Below are positions 30,543 to 39,587 of a DNA stretch of 64,000 bases, piece by piece. This DNA comes from a bacterium (GTDB lineage: Bacteria; Desulfobacterota_D; UBA1144): NCBI GenBank assembly GCA_002715585.2, contig PAZJ02000005.1, forward strand, positions 67,482 to 131,481, in the 5' to 3' direction. Below the pieces are notes generated by a model. That model worked only from the letters and a program-made list of their open reading frames with translations, was not told the origin of the DNA and searched no databases. The stretch's first letter is position 1; every line of letters begins with the position of its first letter. A program made the position numbers and the translations under genes.

Positions 30543-31458
30543 CGATCTTAACTCTTTTATCTAGTATTGGATATAGAAAATCAATAAGCGTGTTAATTGT
30601 TAATAATACAACAGTATAAAAAAGTGTTAAACCACATATAACTGTATAGTCTCTATTTATTACTGATAAAATAAATGCCTTACCTGTTCCAGGTATTGCA
30701 AAAATACTTTCTACAACAAATGAACCGGTGATCATGAAAGCTGTAATTGGACCTAAAGCTGTAACTAAAGGTATTAAAGAATTTCTAAGAATATAATTAA
30801 TAATGTAATTATATTTATTAATTTTATTTATTCTTGCAACTCTTGAAAACATTTTGCTTTTTGTCTCATCCATGGACTCTAATAATAAATTAGTAAGATA
30901 AGATATTGATGGAATTGAAAGTGTAATGATTGGCAAAATGTAGTCCACTGGTTTTGAAATTAATCCGAAAGTTATAAACTTAAATTTGACCGTAAATAGA
31001 ATAATTAATATTGCACCAATTAAAAAAGTAGGTAAACCGACAAATAAATATAATGAATTTTTAATTAGCAAAGAAATTAAGGATGAATTATTAAATAAAT
31101 AAATTGATAGCAATATTGTAGATATAAATGTAAATAGAATTGACAAAAGACCTATTTTTAATGATATTCCCGCTGATTCAATAATTATTTGTTTGACTGA
31201 CCTATCTGGATATGAATATGACATGCCAAAATCACCTTTTAATGAATCTTTTACATATTTAAAGTATTGCTCAATTAAGGGTTTATCTAAATTATATTTT
31301 TTCTCTATATTTTGTTTAATCTGAGGTGGTAATCTCTTATCTTTATCAAAAGGCCCTCCCGGCAAAAGTCTTAAAAGTAAAAAAGTAAGAGTTAAAACTA
31401 TAAATACAACTGAAAGAAAAGATATAATTTTTAAGATCAAAAAGTTAAGTTTCATCAC
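30532..31458 (-). CDS. ABC transporter permease, OppB/DppB type (no partner subunits in window)
   Basis: N-terminal LLRLLPGGPF, 6 TM, typical OppB layout. Overlaps the S41 protease gene by 14 nt and truA by 11 nt. Confidence 0.8.
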   Translation of the reverse strand: MMKLNFLILKIISFLSVVFIVLTLTFLLLRLLPGGPFDKDKRLPPQIKQNIEKKYNLDKPLIEQYFKYVKDSLKGDFGMSYSYPDRSVKQIIIESAGISLKIGLLSILFTFISTILLSIYLFNNSSLISLLIKNSLYLFVGLPTFLIGAILIILFTVKFKFITFGLISKPVDYILPIITLSIPSISYLTNLLLESMDETKSKMFSRVARINKINKYNYIINYILRNSLIPLVTALGPITAFMITGSFVVESIFAIPGTGKAFILSVINRDYTVICGLTLFYTVVLLTINTLIDFLYPILDKRVKIDEY

Positions 31459-34228
31459 GGGTTATATAAAAATTCTTTGCTGTTTTGAAGTCATTTTTAT
31501 CAATTGCGATTATTGAAATTTTATTCCTTCCTATATCCAATTTTGAATCAATATAAATTTTTTCACTAATCAGATTAGTTTCTTTAACTCCAATCTTTTT
31601 ATCATTAATATAATAATTAATAATTTTTAATTTACTTTTATCCTTGATTTCATAGATTAATCCTTCCTTGGAATTATTTATAAGTTTAATTTCTGGTGGA
31701 ATATCACTTTTTTTACTTATTTTTGCTTTAATAAAGTTTGGCTCCTCTTCAGCGCTAATTTCTTCAACTGCATCTTTTGGTATCCAAAAATTATTATCAG
31801 ACTGTTTCACTAATATAAAATTGTCTGTGTTACCATTGGAGTAAACAAGATTACCTTCTTTAAGATTACTAAGTATGGTTTCGGAGTAGCTGGGCTCAGA
31901 ATAAATTATATCACGCTTTTTTATTATAAATGATTTTGGTTGTTCATTCTTAACGTATGATAACAATTCACTTTTATTAATTTCTATATCTTTATCGAAG
32001 TAATCATTAGTTTTTTCATCATGAAATCTAACAGTAAACTTGATTTGCTTAGAGATATTTTTTTCTCTAATCTTAATTTTTGAGACTCCATTATAATTCT
32101 CATCAGATAAATTCTCAATTTGAATATTTCTTTGAGATATGGATAAATTTTTATCTCTTGAAAATATTTTTAAGTAGCATTCATCACATTTTTGCCCGGT
32201 TTTTTTTAGATCAAAACTTATTACTATCTCTTTCTGCTTTGGATCTAAATCTATATTGTAAAATAATTCTGGAAATTTATAATTTGATTTTTTAATTTCT
32301 AAATTAAGCATCTCATTTCCAAGCTCCATCAACATAGGCTTAAGAATATTATTGAAATTTATTTTTACTAAAGAAAAATTAATTTTTTCGTTACCTGATT
32401 CTACCCATTCAGGTATTTTAAGTTCAATCTTCACAGTTTTATTTTCAAATTTTTTTATGTCATCTATAAAATAAAATCTATTATTTAGAGTCTTATTATC
32501 AGAAGTTAGCTTTATAAAAACATTTTTGATCTTATTGGAATTTTTATTATCAATATTGAAAACAATTTCTTCTTTTGCACCAGAATTTAACAATCTCTTA
32601 TCATTATTCGTAAATTCAATATTATTAATAACTTCTTCATAACTATCATTTTCGTATTTATCTATTTTATCAAAAAAATTTCTAAGATATTTTTCAGCTT
32701 CATTTTTCAACAAATCTTCACTGATAACTAAAAAATTTTTAATATTTTCATTAAAGCTTATTTTATTAATAAAATTTGATTCTAGTATTTTTTTAGAAAG
32801 TATAATTTTTTTATCTTCTTCTATCTTTATTTCTTTACTGGTATCAGAATCTGTCTCCACAGAAAAAATTTTATAATTCTCACTATAATTTAATTGCTCT
32901 TCAAATTTTTCCATAAAGAAAATTTCATTATTTTCGACTTTTACGCTAATAAATTCAATATCTGGTTTAACGCCATTTTTATGAACCTTATACTCATTGG
33001 GGTTCAAATATTCCGCAATTGTTAATTTTATAGCTGATCCATCATTTTGTTGATATACCTCTTGAACTGTTCCTTTGCCGAAACTATTTTCACCAATAAT
33101 TATGGCTCTTTGATTATTTTTTAATGCTCCTGCAACAATTTCAGAAGCGCTAGCACTACCGCTATCTATTAAAACAATAAGTGGACCAAAGTATTTTGAT
33201 GTACCACCGGTTTGCGTAAAAAAATCCATATCCATCCTAGAGTCTTTGCCCCGAGTAGAAACTATAAGTTTATTTTTTAATAAAACATTTGAAATTTTAA
33301 TTGCTTGATCTAGCAATCCCCCTGGATTGCCTCTTAGATCAAGTATTAGGCCTTTGATTCCTACTAATCTTAATTCATCTAAATTTTTAACGAAATCTTT
33401 GTAACTATTAATTTGGAACGAATTAATTTTTATATATCCAATATCGTCAATTTTCTTTGATGTAACACTTTTTACCTTTATTATGTCGCGGATTATTTTG
33501 AATTTTATTAAGTCATTAACACCTTCTCTTTCAACATATAAAGTTACAGACGTTCCTTTCTCTCCCCTCAATAATTTAATTGCTTGATTCAACGATAGAC
33601 CATCAGCATCGACCGAATCAATTCCTTTTATTATGTCATTAGCTTTAATCCCAACTTTTGATGCAGGTGTATCCTCAATAGGAGAGATGACAGTTAATTT
33701 ATTTTTCCTAACACCAATGACAATTCCTAGTCCACCAAATGTTCCTTTTGTTTCTACCATAAATTCTTCCATTTCATCTGGCAATATTAACGAAGAGTAC
33801 TCATCAACTTCAGCAAGAATAGCATTTGCTACCATATATTTAAGCAACTCAATATCTTGAGAGTTGATATTCTGTTCTTCAATAACTTTGACAATAGTAT
33901 TTAAATTTTTAGTTATTCCTTTCAATCTATTATTGTTTTTCAGAGATAGAATTTTAGTTGAGCCGTTATCGATAATTTCAACTTTTATAACACCATTATT
34001 TGATTTAGATTCATATTTTATTAGAAGATCTTCTGAAAAATTATTCATTGAATTTATCCCAGCTTCAAAAATTTTGTTGATAGCCTTTTCATCAAAAAAA
34101 TAGCCATTACTTTTAATATATTTCCCAGTAGATCCTATTATGTCGTTTGTTTGTCCATGATTTACATGAGAGTATGATATAATTAATGTAAAAACTAATA
34201 ATAAATATCTAATTATTTTAAAAACCAT
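31445..34228 (-). CDS. S41 carboxy-terminal processing protease with PDZ domain and long C-terminal extension
   Basis: Start set to ATG 34228 (MVFKIIRYLLLVFTLIISYS signal peptide); the track's 114 extra codons overlap nadE. PDZ (GGLGIVIG..), LDLRGNPGG, DSGSASASEIVAGAL, FGKGTVQ, then about 470 aa unassigned. Confidence 0.85.
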   Translation of the reverse strand: MVFKIIRYLLLVFTLIISYSHVNHGQTNDIIGSTGKYIKSNGYFFDEKAINKIFEAGINSMNNFSEDLLIKYESKSNNGVIKVEIIDNGSTKILSLKNNNRLKGITKNLNTIVKVIEEQNINSQDIELLKYMVANAILAEVDEYSSLILPDEMEEFMVETKGTFGGLGIVIGVRKNKLTVISPIEDTPASKVGIKANDIIKGIDSVDADGLSLNQAIKLLRGEKGTSVTLYVEREGVNDLIKFKIIRDIIKVKSVTSKKIDDIGYIKINSFQINSYKDFVKNLDELRLVGIKGLILDLRGNPGGLLDQAIKISNVLLKNKLIVSTRGKDSRMDMDFFTQTGGTSKYFGPLIVLIDSGSASASEIVAGALKNNQRAIIIGENSFGKGTVQEVYQQNDGSAIKLTIAEYLNPNEYKVHKNGVKPDIEFISVKVENNEIFFMEKFEEQLNYSENYKIFSVETDSDTSKEIKIEEDKKIILSKKILESNFINKISFNENIKNFLVISEDLLKNEAEKYLRNFFDKIDKYENDSYEEVINNIEFTNNDKRLLNSGAKEEIVFNIDNKNSNKIKNVFIKLTSDNKTLNNRFYFIDDIKKFENKTVKIELKIPEWVESGNEKINFSLVKINFNNILKPMLMELGNEMLNLEIKKSNYKFPELFYNIDLDPKQKEIVISFDLKKTGQKCDECYLKIFSRDKNLSISQRNIQIENLSDENYNGVSKIKIREKNISKQIKFTVRFHDEKTNDYFDKDIEINKSELLSYVKNEQPKSFIIKKRDIIYSEPSYSETILSNLKEGNLVYSNGNTDNFILVKQSDNNFWIPKDAVEEISAEEEPNFIKAKISKKSDIPPEIKLINNSKEGLIYEIKDKSKLKIINYYINDKKIGVKETNLISEKIYIDSKLDIGRNKISIIAIDKNDFKTAKNFYITRDET

Positions 34229-34265
34229 TAAAATATTATAGATTATTTCTTTATAATTTAATAAT

Positions 34266-35891
34266 ATGAAAAATGATTTAAAAATTTGTATGTCCCAATT
34301 AAACTTTAAAGTTGGGGCAATAGACAATAATACTAGTAAAATTATTGAGGCTATTAAGAATTGTAGGAAAAAAAAGGTTGATATTGTATGTTTTCCCGAA
34401 CTATGTATATCCGGGTATCCGCCTGAAGACTTACTAATTAATAAGTTTTTTATAAAAAAGATAAATTCTAGTTTGAAAAGAATAGCAGATGAAACTAGAA
34501 ATATTTGCTGTGTTATCGGACACCCATATAGAGTAAAAGAAAATTTATACAATTGTGCAAGTGTTTTCATAAACCAGAAATTATGTGGTAGATATTATAA
34601 AAACCACTTGCCCAACTATGGTGTCTTTGATGAGAAAAGATATTTTCAAACTGGTAATGAATTTTTTTCATTTGAATATAAAAAAACCAAGATAGCTATA
34701 TCAATTTGTGAAGATATATGGGTAAACGACAAAAAGTTTAAAAAATACTTAAAGGATAATCCTTCGAAATTGTTAATAAATATCTCAGCATCTCCATATT
34801 CAGTTAAAAAAGAAAAGCTGAGATTCAAAAAAGTTAGTAATTTTGCAAAAAAAAATCAGATCGATGTTTTATATTGTAATTTGATTGGTGGACAAGATGA
34901 ACTCATCTTTGATGGATCTAGTATGGCGATTTCAGAACATGGAAAATTAATTTATAAAGCTTTTTCTTTTAAGGAAGAGAATAAAATTATCAATTATCCG
35001 TTGAGATCTAAGAAAATAAGAAAAATTCCATCAAATAATATAGATAGTATTTTTAATGCATTAGTCTTGGGAGTTAGAGATTATGCTTTAAAGAACAACT
35101 TCACTAAGGTTATTATTGGGATATCGGGAGGAATTGATTCTGCTGTAGTATCTGCAATATCAAAAGTTGCACTGGGGGGAAAAAATATTTATGGATTTGC
35201 ACTTCCTACAGAATATAACTCTGACGAAAGTTTACAATTAGCCAAGAATTTGTCTGATAACCTAGCATTTAAACTAGGCGAATTAAGTATTCAGAAAATT
35301 TTTAATGAAAATATTTCATTATTATATTCTAATCTGTTTAAAGATTTGAAATGGGATATTGCGGAGGAAAATCTACAATCAAGAATAAGGTCTAATCTGC
35401 TCATGGCAATATCAAATAAATTCAATTATTTGCTATTATCAACAGGTAATAAAAGCGAAATGAGCGTTGGCTATTCAACTATCTATGGTGACTTATCAGG
35501 TGGATTAGCTCCATTAAAAGATATTCCTAAAACATTGGTTTATAGAATTGCTAAATATTATAATAAAAAATATCCTAATAATAAAATACCTGCAGGAATC
35601 ATCAATAGAGAGCCGAGCGCAGAATTAAAACCAAATCAAAAAGATTCTGATTCATTACCACCATATAAAGATTTAGATAAAATACTTAATTTATATGTAG
35701 AGAGCTTTTTAAGTATTAATGAAATTTTTACAGCTACTAAAATTGACAAAAGAATAATTAAAAAAATAGTAGATCTTATAGATAAAAATGAATTTAAAAG
35801 AAGACAAGGACCACCAGGAATAAAAGTTACCAATGTCGCTTTTGGGAAAGATCGAAGGTTTCCTATAACTAATGGGTTTAAAAATTATTGA
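34266..35891 (+). CDS. nadE: Glutamine-dependent NAD+ synthetase
   Basis: N-terminal CN-hydrolase domain (FPELCISGY) plus C-terminal PP-loop SGGIDS. Confidence 0.92.
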   Translation: MKNDLKICMSQLNFKVGAIDNNTSKIIEAIKNCRKKKVDIVCFPELCISGYPPEDLLINKFFIKKINSSLKRIADETRNICCVIGHPYRVKENLYNCASVFINQKLCGRYYKNHLPNYGVFDEKRYFQTGNEFFSFEYKKTKIAISICEDIWVNDKKFKKYLKDNPSKLLINISASPYSVKKEKLRFKKVSNFAKKNQIDVLYCNLIGGQDELIFDGSSMAISEHGKLIYKAFSFKEENKIINYPLRSKKIRKIPSNNIDSIFNALVLGVRDYALKNNFTKVIIGISGGIDSAVVSAISKVALGGKNIYGFALPTEYNSDESLQLAKNLSDNLAFKLGELSIQKIFNENISLLYSNLFKDLKWDIAEENLQSRIRSNLLMAISNKFNYLLLSTGNKSEMSVGYSTIYGDLSGGLAPLKDIPKTLVYRIAKYYNKKYPNNKIPAGIINREPSAELKPNQKDSDSLPPYKDLDKILNLYVESFLSINEIFTATKIDKRIIKKIVDLIDKNEFKRRQGPPGIKVTNVAFGKDRRFPITNGFKNY

Positions 35892-35927
35892 TTATAGTCC
35901 AAATTTTAAAGTAGTATATTCGTAATA

Positions 35928-37121
35928 ATGAGTTTTTTGAACCCAAGTGAACAATTACAAATAATTAAAGAAAATGTGGAGGAGATAATTCCGGAAGAGG
36001 AGCTTTTTGGTAAATTAAAAAATTCTTTTGAAGAATCTAAACCTTTAAAAATCAAAGCTGGATTTGATCCTACATCTGCAGATCTACATTTAGGTCATAC
36101 TTTATTAATAAAAAAATTAAAAATTTTTCAAGATTTGGGACATGAAATAAATTTTTTGATTGGTGACTTTACCGCAAGAATTGGTGATCCAACAGGCAGA
36201 GATAAAACCAGGCCTCCTTTAAGTGAAGAAAAAATAATTTCAAATTCGAAAACATATGAAAACCAACTTTTTAAAATTTTAGATAAAAATAATGTCAATA
36301 TTTTATATAATTCAAAATGGTTTGATAAATTTGATTTAAAAAAATTAATAGAATTATCATCAATGGAAAATGTAGCGCGAATTTTAGAGAGGGATGATTT
36401 TAAAAATAGGTATAGTTCTGGTGAAGCTATTACACTTACTGAATTTTTATATCCATTGTTGCAAGCATATGATTCTGTTTATCTTGAATCCGATGTTGAG
36501 CTTGGTGGCACAGATCAAAGATTTAATATTTTACTTGCCAGGCAAATTCAAAAAGCTTTTGGAAAAGATTTACAAGTAGCTATTTTTCTTCCAATTCTTG
36601 AAGGTATTGATGGAAATTTGAAAATGTCCAAAAGTTACAAAAATTACATTGGTATTAATGAAGAACCAAATAACATTTTTGGTAAAATTATGTCAATTTC
36701 GGATGAATTGATGGAAAGGTATATTGAAATACTTTTTTCAAACAATAAAGAACTTTTTGCAAATATTCCATCTCCACTTGATAAAAAGAAAAAATTAGCG
36801 ATGTCATTAATAACTGATTATCACGATGAACAGGCAGCGTTAAAGGCAAAAAATGATTTTGAAAAAACATATTCTAATAAGGATTTTCCGGATGACATAA
36901 AAAAACAAGTCATTAACCTTGATTCAAAAAATATAATTGAATTGATTGAGGAGTTTACATCAAAATCATTGACAAGGTCTGAAATCAAAAGATTAATTAA
37001 AAGCAATTCAATACAAATGAATGATTTGAAAATAGCTAATTTCGATTTCATACCAAAAAAAGACTTAATTTATGAAATTAAAATCGGTAAAAGAAAATTT
37101 TACAAAGTTGAATTTAAATGA
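35928..37121 (+). CDS. tyrS: Tyrosyl-tRNA synthetase
   Basis: HLGH and KMSKS class-I motifs; C-terminal S4-like domain. Confidence 0.93.
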   Translation: MSFLNPSEQLQIIKENVEEIIPEEELFGKLKNSFEESKPLKIKAGFDPTSADLHLGHTLLIKKLKIFQDLGHEINFLIGDFTARIGDPTGRDKTRPPLSEEKIISNSKTYENQLFKILDKNNVNILYNSKWFDKFDLKKLIELSSMENVARILERDDFKNRYSSGEAITLTEFLYPLLQAYDSVYLESDVELGGTDQRFNILLARQIQKAFGKDLQVAIFLPILEGIDGNLKMSKSYKNYIGINEEPNNIFGKIMSISDELMERYIEILFSNNKELFANIPSPLDKKKKLAMSLITDYHDEQAALKAKNDFEKTYSNKDFPDDIKKQVINLDSKNIIELIEEFTSKSLTRSEIKRLIKSNSIQMNDLKIANFDFIPKKDLIYEIKIGKRKFYKVEFK

Positions 37122-37123
37122 AA

Positions 37124-37465
37124 GAGTGGATTAATAAGCCGAATTCTGTTTTATGTGATCATTTATCTAGATCTAAAATTACTTTCAGATTCAAGCGACC
37201 TACCCAGAAGTAATTGCTAGGGATAACAACTTCTTTATTTGGTCTTGCTCCAGATAGGGTTTGCCTTGCCTTTCTTTGTCACCAAAAAAAGCGGTAGTCT
37301 CTTACACTACCTTTTCACCCTTACCATCAATATCATATGTTTATTAATGGCGGTTATTTTCTGTGGCACTTTCCATTGCTTCACAACATCTGGATGTTAT
37401 CCAGTATCTTTCCCTATGGAGTTCGGACTTTCCTCTTGCTATGCAAGCGATCACTCAATCCACTC
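37124..37465 (-). ncRNA. rnpB: RNase P RNA, bacterial type A
   Basis: Reverse complement reads GAGUGGAUU..GAGGAAAGUCCGAACUCCAUAGGG..AGUGCCACAGAAAAUAACCGCC..GGUAAGGGUGAAAAGGUAGUGUAAGAG..GGAGCAAGACCAAAUA..GGGUAGGUCGCUUGA..AGAUAAAUGAUCAC..ACAGAAUUCGGCUUAUUAAUCCACUC. All universally conserved blocks are present and the P1 ends pair. Confidence 0.93.
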
Positions 37466-37472
37466 ACTAATT

Positions 37473-37501
37473 AATTTAATTTCTAATTCCATTCTTTGCA
37501 A
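37473..37501 (-). promoter_or_regulatory. Candidate rnpB promoter embedded in the last codons of rnhA
   Basis: Minus strand reads TTGCAA-N17-TAAATT, and the rnhA TAA stop forms the first 3 nt of the -10. The predicted TSS is 0-1 nt from the rnpB 5' end. Confidence 0.4.
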
Positions 37502-37883
37502 GCTCGTCTGCAATTTTATTTTCTTCACGTGGAATTGAGGTCAAGATTATTTCTGGTGAAATTTTACTAGAGATGATGTGGGCTTTTTCTAATAAACGCT
37601 TTAAATTATGGTCTTTACATTTCCATTTTTTATTAAATTGCATACTTACAAGTTTAGAGTCAGAAAAAATTTTAATCTTTTTAAAAGTATTATATTTTTT
37701 TAATATTAAATCTAACGTAAATATTAGTGCCTCATATTCCGCAATATTGTTCGTGACAATTCCTTCTAGTGGTAGCGAAAATTCTTCACTTATTTCTTTA
37801 TTATGAATAAAAATTCCAATTCCTCCATTTCCCGGATTTGGTTGACAGGCGCCATCAATAAATATTTTAAGACAATCATTCAT
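37476..37883 (-). CDS. rnhA: Ribonuclease HI
   Basis: IFIDGAC.., EYEALI, FSDSKLV, ADELAK (DEDD catalytic pattern); 8-nt overlap with the upstream gene. Confidence 0.85.
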   Translation of the reverse strand: MNDCLKIFIDGACQPNPGNGGIGIFIHNKEISEEFSLPLEGIVTNNIAEYEALIFTLDLILKKYNTFKKIKIFSDSKLVSMQFNKKWKCKDHNLKRLLEKAHIISSKISPEIILTSIPREENKIADELAKNGIRN

Positions 37884-38589
37884 CTGGATTTTCTTCAGGA
37901 ATTAAAATTTTTCTGCAGTGTGGGCAACTTACAACTTCAGTTTTTTGTAAAACTTTGATGTATGTTTGAGGGGGTATTGTAAGACAGCAATAACTACATG
38001 TTTCCCCAATTGCGGGAACTATTACTGGTGGATTATCAACCATCAGAGACTCATAACGAATCAAAAAATCTTGATCCAAACTTTTTGTTTTGTTATCTCT
38101 CTCGACAGATAGCTTATCTTTTTTATCAGTATATTCTTTTAATTTAGATTTTAATTCTTCTATTTGAGTTCTTAGAGGTTCGATTTCACTTAGAAAAAAT
38201 TGCTCCATTTCAGCAAGTGCTTTTTTTGAATTATCTGTCGATTCCATTGTTTTTATTTGTGAATCTTCAATTTCTAATTTGAGTCTCTTTAAGTCACCAG
38301 TTTCTTTTTGTAATGCTTCAAATTCTTTTGTTGAATTTATAGAAAACAATTTCTCTTCTTGCTCATTTATTTTATTATCAATAGAATCAATTTCATTGTT
38401 ATAATTTTTCATTTCTTTCTCAAGTTTATCGATCTTTTCTTTAAGATTATTAACTTTTATATTTTCAGAATCTATTTTAGCTTCCATAACAGATATTTCT
38501 TTTGGTAGATTTTCAAAAGACTTTTCAAATTCAGCTATCTCTATATCAATCTTTTGAAGTTTTAAAAATTGATTAATTTTATTCTGCAT
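37876..38589 (-). CDS. COG1579-type coiled-coil / C4 zinc-ribbon protein
   Basis: Start set to ATG 38589 (AGGTGG SD 6 nt upstream); the track start overlaps tRNA-Met. Long coiled coil, then C-terminal CSYCC..CPHC zinc ribbon. Confidence 0.8.
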   Translation of the reverse strand: MQNKINQFLKLQKIDIEIAEFEKSFENLPKEISVMEAKIDSENIKVNNLKEKIDKLEKEMKNYNNEIDSIDNKINEQEEKLFSINSTKEFEALQKETGDLKRLKLEIEDSQIKTMESTDNSKKALAEMEQFFLSEIEPLRTQIEELKSKLKEYTDKKDKLSVERDNKTKSLDQDFLIRYESLMVDNPPVIVPAIGETCSYCCLTIPPQTYIKVLQKTEVVSCPHCRKILIPEENPDE

Positions 38590-38604
38590 CAGAAACCACC
38601 TATT

Positions 38605-38678
38605 TGGGCCCAACTGGGTTCGAACCAGTGACCGCCCGGTTATGAGCCGGGAGCTCTGACCAGCTGAGCTATGGGCCC
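38605..38678 (-). tRNA. tRNA-Met (anticodon CAU), elongator-type; could be the lysidine-modified tRNA-Ile2
   Basis: Hand-folded: GGGCCCA/TGGGCCC acceptor (1:72 paired, so not an initiator), anticodon arm CCCGG-CTCATAA-CCGGG, T arm ACTGG-TTCGAAC-CCAGT. Confidence 0.88.
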
Positions 38679-38696
38679 TATAATAAACAAGACCTA

Positions 38697-38725
38697 ATCC
38701 TATTTAATTAAGCTTGCAATGTCAA
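38697..38725 (-). promoter_or_regulatory. Candidate promoter for tRNA-Met/COG1579/rnhA
   Basis: Minus strand reads TTGACA-N17-TAGGAT, about 18 nt upstream of the tRNA 5' end. Confidence 0.3.
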
Positions 38726-38754
38726 TAAATTTTATTTTACACCCTAATCAACGA

Positions 38755-38782
38755 TTGACACAATTCTTCTTCTATTTATAAT
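38755..38782 (+). promoter_or_regulatory. Consensus sigma70 promoter for the sco-cox-cta operon
   Basis: TTGACA-N16-TATAAT, 23 nt upstream of ATG 38806. Confidence 0.5.
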
Positions 38783-38805
38783 TTATTTCACCCCTATGGT
38801 TAAAT

Positions 38806-39582
38806 ATGAGACTTTTATTTTTTTTAATTATTCTAACTTTTGAAGCTTATTCCATAAGTGATGTAAATGATATTAGAAATAATGTAGGGTGGGAAGAAAA
38901 ATATGGCAGTTCAATTGATTTAAAATCTCAAATTGTGTCTGTATCAGGTGAAAAAACAAATCTTAACAATATCTTAAATAAAGATATTCCCACAGTTTTT
39001 GTTTTAGCTTATTATTCTTGTCCAAAGATGTGTTCTTTTATATTAGATGGTGTAAAAGATGTTGTTCAAGCATCAAATAAAAGACCTGGCATTGATTATA
39101 ACCTCGTAACTTTAAGTTTTAATTCCAGAGATAGTTCTGAATCATCCAAGGTATTTGAAAATAAATACAGTTCTATATTAAATGCTGACGAAAGTTGGAA
39201 TTTTTATACATCAGATAATGTAAGTATTGAAAAAATTACTAAATCGGTTGGATTTAAATTTCAACCAGATGGGGATGAATTTGCTCATCCTGCTGGTATA
39301 ATATTACTAACAAATGATGGAATAGTATCAAGATATCTATCTGGTGTTATTTATGATCCTAGAGATTTTAAATTAGCTATAATTGAAGCCTCTCAAGGAT
39401 CTACTGGAACAGTGTCTCTAAGTGATAAGGTATTATTATATTGTTTTGATTTTGACCCCGTAGGTAAGAAGTATGCACTCAGAGCTTTAAATGTTATGAA
39501 GTTAGGTGGTGCTATTACACTTTTTGCTATTATAATAATGATGGGGTTTTTGTGGTTAAGAAAAAACAAGGGGGAACAGTAA
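38806..39582 (+). CDS. SCO1/SenC copper chaperone with additional C-terminal TM segment
   Basis: CPKMC (CxxxC) and downstream conserved His (FAHPAG). C-terminal YCFDFDPVGKKY motif and hydrophobic tail. Confidence 0.8.
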   Translation: MRLLFFLIILTFEAYSISDVNDIRNNVGWEEKYGSSIDLKSQIVSVSGEKTNLNNILNKDIPTVFVLAYYSCPKMCSFILDGVKDVVQASNKRPGIDYNLVTLSFNSRDSSESSKVFENKYSSILNADESWNFYTSDNVSIEKITKSVGFKFQPDGDEFAHPAGIILLTNDGIVSRYLSGVIYDPRDFKLAIIEASQGSTGTVSLSDKVLLYCFDFDPVGKKYALRALNVMKLGGAITLFAIIIMMGFLWLRKNKGEQ

Positions 39583-39587
39583 TATAA

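Noticed and set aside
34229-34570. 114-codon N-terminal extension of the S41 protease ORF
   Set aside because: It overlaps the divergent nadE coding region. A proper signal peptide begins at ATG 34228.
37239-37538. 99-aa plus-strand ORF in the tyrS-rnhA gap
   Set aside because: It is the antisense reading of the RNase P RNA (rnpB, 37124-37465) and also overlaps the rnhA 3' end. The sequence is hydrophobic nonsense with a TTG start.
38590-38613. Track start (TTG 38613) of the COG1579 gene
   Set aside because: It lies inside tRNA-Met. ATG 38589 has an AGGTGG SD.
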